Part shown: in pieces, positions 34,680 through 35,403 of the stretch | Layout: the number at the start of each line of letters is the position of its first letter | Position numbering within the stretch: position 1 is the first letter of the stretch | From: a virus | Lineage: Duplodnaviria > Caudoviricetes | Direction: 5' to 3' (one strand) | Length of the DNA stretch: 35,403 bases | Virus record (IMG/VR): IMGVR_UViG_3300025357_000029 | Coordinates: 1-35,403 of that record | Notes under the pieces: model-generated | What the model saw: the letters and a program-made list of their open reading frames with translations, nothing else | Told to the model about the DNA's origin: nothing | Database searches by the model: none | Translations under genes and position numbers: made by a program

Positions 34680-35119
34680 GATAAAAATAATGTTTTTTCC
34701 TCTAATCTTCTTTTTTCAAGACCTGGAATAACCTTGTGTGCAGCTACGTCCCAAACCTCAAACTGTTCACTTGCCATTTTATAGTTGCCTTTATTTAAAA
34801 GTTTAAGCAAGGTACTATTAGCAAAGTTATGCGCTCCAATGTTGTATATCAAATCTAAGCAAGCATCGTACATATTTTGAGTTATTTCAACCTTAATCAA
34901 CTCGTTTAGCTTGTCTTCAAAAGGTTTTAAGATAATATCAAACAACTCGTAAACTCTTTCCTGAGTTATTGGAGGATCTTCCATAGTTACTTTTGTTCCG
35001 TCTTCATAAAACGTATTGCCGATTCCAATAGTAGGAATACCTACAGAGTCTAAATAAGGCTCTAGCCTAATACCTTCATGACGAATAATTAATTGTTTAC
35101 CGTTTTCTGATACTTTCAT
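34676..35119 (-). CDS. Endolysin, GH24 lysozyme
   Basis: HEG...YLDSVGIPTIGIG with E-x8-D-x5-T triad; YNIG, STLLK and GL..RR..E motifs. Confidence 0.95.
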   Translation of the reverse strand: MKVSENGKQLIIRHEGIRLEPYLDSVGIPTIGIGNTFYEDGTKVTMEDPPITQERVYELFDIILKPFEDKLNELIKVEITQNMYDACLDLIYNIGAHNFANSTLLKLLNKGNYKMASEQFEVWDVAAHKVIPGLEKRRLEEKTLFLS

Positions 35120-35403
35120 TTAATCTCGCTTTGTTGTCTAATCCAGTCTTGCAAAGCCATCAATTTCACTGTTTCACTGGCGCAGTCGTGTTCAATAGAT
35201 ATTGTGTCTTTGGGGATGCCATCAATTCCTCTGGAGGAGATGGAAACTTGGGACATTGAACTGCTACCGGTATCACTTGGGGCTTTGAGGCGCAACCCTG
35301 CATAATAACTATCAACAAGAGCCAACTTAGCTTTTTCATTTGATACAACTCCTTGGGTAATTGATTTTTGCTCTACAACTTCGGTTTTTACTTGCTCTTG
35401 AGC
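35116..35403 (-). CDS. Rz-like i-spanin, 3' part (joins 1..129; 138 aa in total)
   Basis: Open frame to the window edge; ends C...LMALQDWIRQQ, typical of Rz. Confidence 0.85.
   Translation of the reverse strand, partial: AQEQVKTEVVEQKSITQGVVSNEKAKLALVDSYYAGLRLKAPSDTGSSSMSQVSISSRGIDGIPKDTISIEHDCASETVKLMALQDWIRQQSEIK
35166..35339 (-). CDS. Rz1-like o-spanin lipoprotein embedded in Rz
   Basis: AGGAG SD; MKKLSWLLLIVIMQGC signal with lipobox-like end; Pro-rich mature part; lies wholly inside Rz in another frame. Confidence 0.85.
   Translation of the reverse strand: MKKLSWLLLIVIMQGCASKPQVIPVAVQCPKFPSPPEELMASPKTQYLLNTTAPVKQ

Larger units (their letters stand above)
1..35403. mobile_element. Apparently complete, circularly permuted P22-like podovirus genome
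   Basis: Packaging, head, tail, ejection, lysis and recombination modules are all present. The minus-strand ORF 129->1 (exactly 43 codons) continues in frame into 35403->35116. Confidence 0.93.

Noticed and set aside
1-35403. Stop-codon reassignment
   Set aside because: Core genes are intact and densely packed under the standard bacterial code.

Overview
The window appears to be the complete, circularly permuted 35,403-bp genome of a P22-like podovirus of a Gram-negative host. A freshwater betaproteobacterial host is a guess from gene style only. The ends join in frame inside an Rz-like spanin gene. The minus strand carries cro, a structured RNA region, HNH, a short replication protein, a DNA methylase and a ninB/ninG region. 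It then continues into the late genes: a 650-aa polyvalent-type protein, terS/terL, portal, scaffold, P22-type coat, gp4/gp10-like tail proteins, a 1135-aa fibre, GNAT, three ejection proteins, six small tail-associated genes and the lysis cassette, ending in a TraR-like gene. A short plus-strand operon encodes ERF, a PD-(D/E)XK nuclease and SSB. I saw no integrase, CI repressor, polymerase, helicase, tRNA, reverse transcriptase or CRISPR array. Points of most interest: (1) a C4/CI-like antisense RNA next to a second structured domain ahead of HNH and rep; (2) three more structured intergenic elements, two with pseudoknot potential; (3) a lysis-region gene split at an A9 run with a probable ATA start; (4) the 650-aa two-domain putative effector; (5) a tailspike anchor separated from a paralogous small-gene cassette. 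All calls come from reading the sequence and recalling motifs; no searches were run.
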